From assembly GCA_030704615.1 (NCBI GenBank), contig CM060734.1:6820001-6884000 (forward strand): 64,000 nucleotides of DNA, read 5' to 3'. The DNA comes from Takakia lepidozioides. Taxonomy: Eukaryota > Plantae > Bryophyta. Positions 62,390 through 64,000 of the stretch are shown here, piece by piece; within the stretch, counting starts at the first letter, position 1, and the number at the start of each line of letters is the position of its first letter. The notes under the pieces are model-generated. The model searched no databases. It saw only the letters and a program-made list of their open reading frames with translations, and was not told the DNA's origin. A program made the translations under genes and the position numbers.

Positions 62390-63470
62390 GAAAAGGTATC
62401 ATAGACCTCTCAAAAATGGACTTCCTCTGCCCAATCTGTCGCCGCCTAGCAAATGTGTTACTACCCCATGTGGATGCCTCAATTCTGAAGACGAGAGATA
62501 CACAAGTGGAGGGAAAGGAGGTGGACGAATCAGGGAAAAATTGGCAAAGTTTCTGGCAACTTCATCAGATTCTAGTAGAAGCAATTGTGCGTTTTGCTCG
62601 TCAGGTATTACTACCCCTTGTGCTTTCTGTGCTTAATCCTGTAAGGTGGTGTCCAATCAGCAAGTCCTTAGAGTCTGTGATTTGCGCCATGATAAAGAGT
62701 TGGATCTTTCAAGACCTTCGATGCTACCAGTAGGTCATTTTTATGTGTTGACCTAAACAAATCGGTCTACCTCCTTTTGCCTTTATTTTTTCATTACTTT
62801 TTCTGTCCATGGAGCAGAGTTTGAGGGTGAGAAGCAACTTTCCTCAAGAACCGGAAATGGAGGACCTGTCAAGCTGCTGGGTGAGTGCAAGGCACCCTTG
62901 GAAGAAAGAGGACAAGGCTTTCAAAGCTTTTGTTTTTTTCTAACTTCAAATTCGTGAGATGTTTTGATATCTGCTATGCAATGCAGGCATTGGTTGCATG
63001 TATAGGGGGTTTTGCAGATTGCTGGAAGGTCTGATTTTGTTTGATGATTAAGCAGTCCTAATTTTAATCCATTTTTTTCTTCTTTTTTTGAGTGGTACAG
63101 GTTGTCGCTCACGTGTTTGGCTTGCCCTCCTTTCTCTTGAGCTATGAGAGAAGTGAATAATAAGAAAATTGTGTCTGAACTCTTCAGAATTTAGCCAAAG
63201 AAAGGATTTTGACGACAGCCTTCGAAAGCAAGAAAAGTGCAAAATTGCAAAATAACTCCCCAAACAAACTGGTGTGCCCGTCCGGGTGCTTTGGGAGGTG
63301 CTTGCAGCAAATATAATCCACACCGAAGTGGAGACAAGGGAAGATTTAACGGAAGTTGCATCATCTTCCACTGCACCAATTCAGCTTGGTGATGAGCACG
63401 TGGGGAGGAGACACAACCCACTGGATAGCCCTACGGGAGCTGGGCAAATTGGCGATGCTTGTCGATACAA
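62390..63470 (+). pseudogene. PRT6/UBR-like N-recognin E3 ligase exons (fragment)
   Basis: DFLCPICRRLANVLLP resembles the UBR RING-H2 tail; VLWEVLAANIIHTEVETR resembles the following UBR motif. Frames look disrupted and upstream exons were not found. Confidence 0.6.
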
Positions 63471-64000
63471 TGTGTTGTGGAGGTGGGTGGTTTGTGTTTG
63501 CTGCTTTGAGAGGAGACTGTCCTGTACAATGTTCTGGTCCGGTGCTTAAAGCTTACTGCAATTCACTTCCTGTCTTATCATGTCACACTTGCCTTGCCCT
63601 ATCTGTTTTATGTTTGGCCTTAGCACTTATCCAAGGAGATATGTTGAGCATGACATTTTGTATGAAATTTGAGAAACTGGCCTCTTGGACCAAAAGAATG
63701 TTTCAATTGAGGTTTCTACAATAGACTTCCAACACTGCAAAACTAGCCTCTCTCTGTGGGATCTCTAAGATCGCAAGTCTTGATGCTCCATTGCAGCACA
63801 AGGAAGGCAGTCGATGACCTCATTGCTACAACATGAGCTGGAAGTGTTGAGGGACCACATCTGCAATATTCAGCAAGAGATCATGGAACCCTGTGCAGGA
63901 TAGGTTTATGCTCGACACTAGTAGTGACCATAGGTCACATAGTGACCTATGTGAGGATGTTGAGGAGAACTGTGAACAGGACAAGACTTCACAAAGGGGA

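Overview
Repeat-rich eukaryotic window, most likely from a land plant (spliceosomal introns, plant-type host genes; the species cannot be determined), with a 500-N scaffold gap at 49892-50391. Host genes: an intact 12-exon phosphoethanolamine N-methyltransferase (PEAMT, 33208-37993) with a conserved-peptide uORF that has no AUG, an intronless SAP/Tho1-MOS11-type gene, and anoctamin-like and PRT6/UBR-like fragments. The rest is nested mobile DNA: Ty3/gypsy, Ty1/copia, LINEs, a tRNA-like SINE, a piggyBac-type MITE and a MULE transposase. Two regions stand out. (1) An 11.9-kb Ty3/gypsy element (18563-30476, minus) encodes a C5 cytosine methyltransferase inside pol and a PHD finger after integrase. 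Its LTRs are circularly permuted (B-internal-A-B-A). The sequence matches a 2-LTR circle opened at an internal palindrome (GACA|GC|TGTC) and integrated with new TG..CA ends and a 4-bp TSD. It has no tRNA PBS but has a self-priming-like hairpin. (2) A spliced ParB-like + beta-class N6A/N4C methyltransferase-fold gene (52883-56994) lies inside a transposon end. It sits between two helically phased palindrome arrays (116-bp and 53-bp periods) that share a TGCGG-N-A-N-CGCA core, next to a MULE DDE transposase. All family assignments come from recalled motifs, not database searches.
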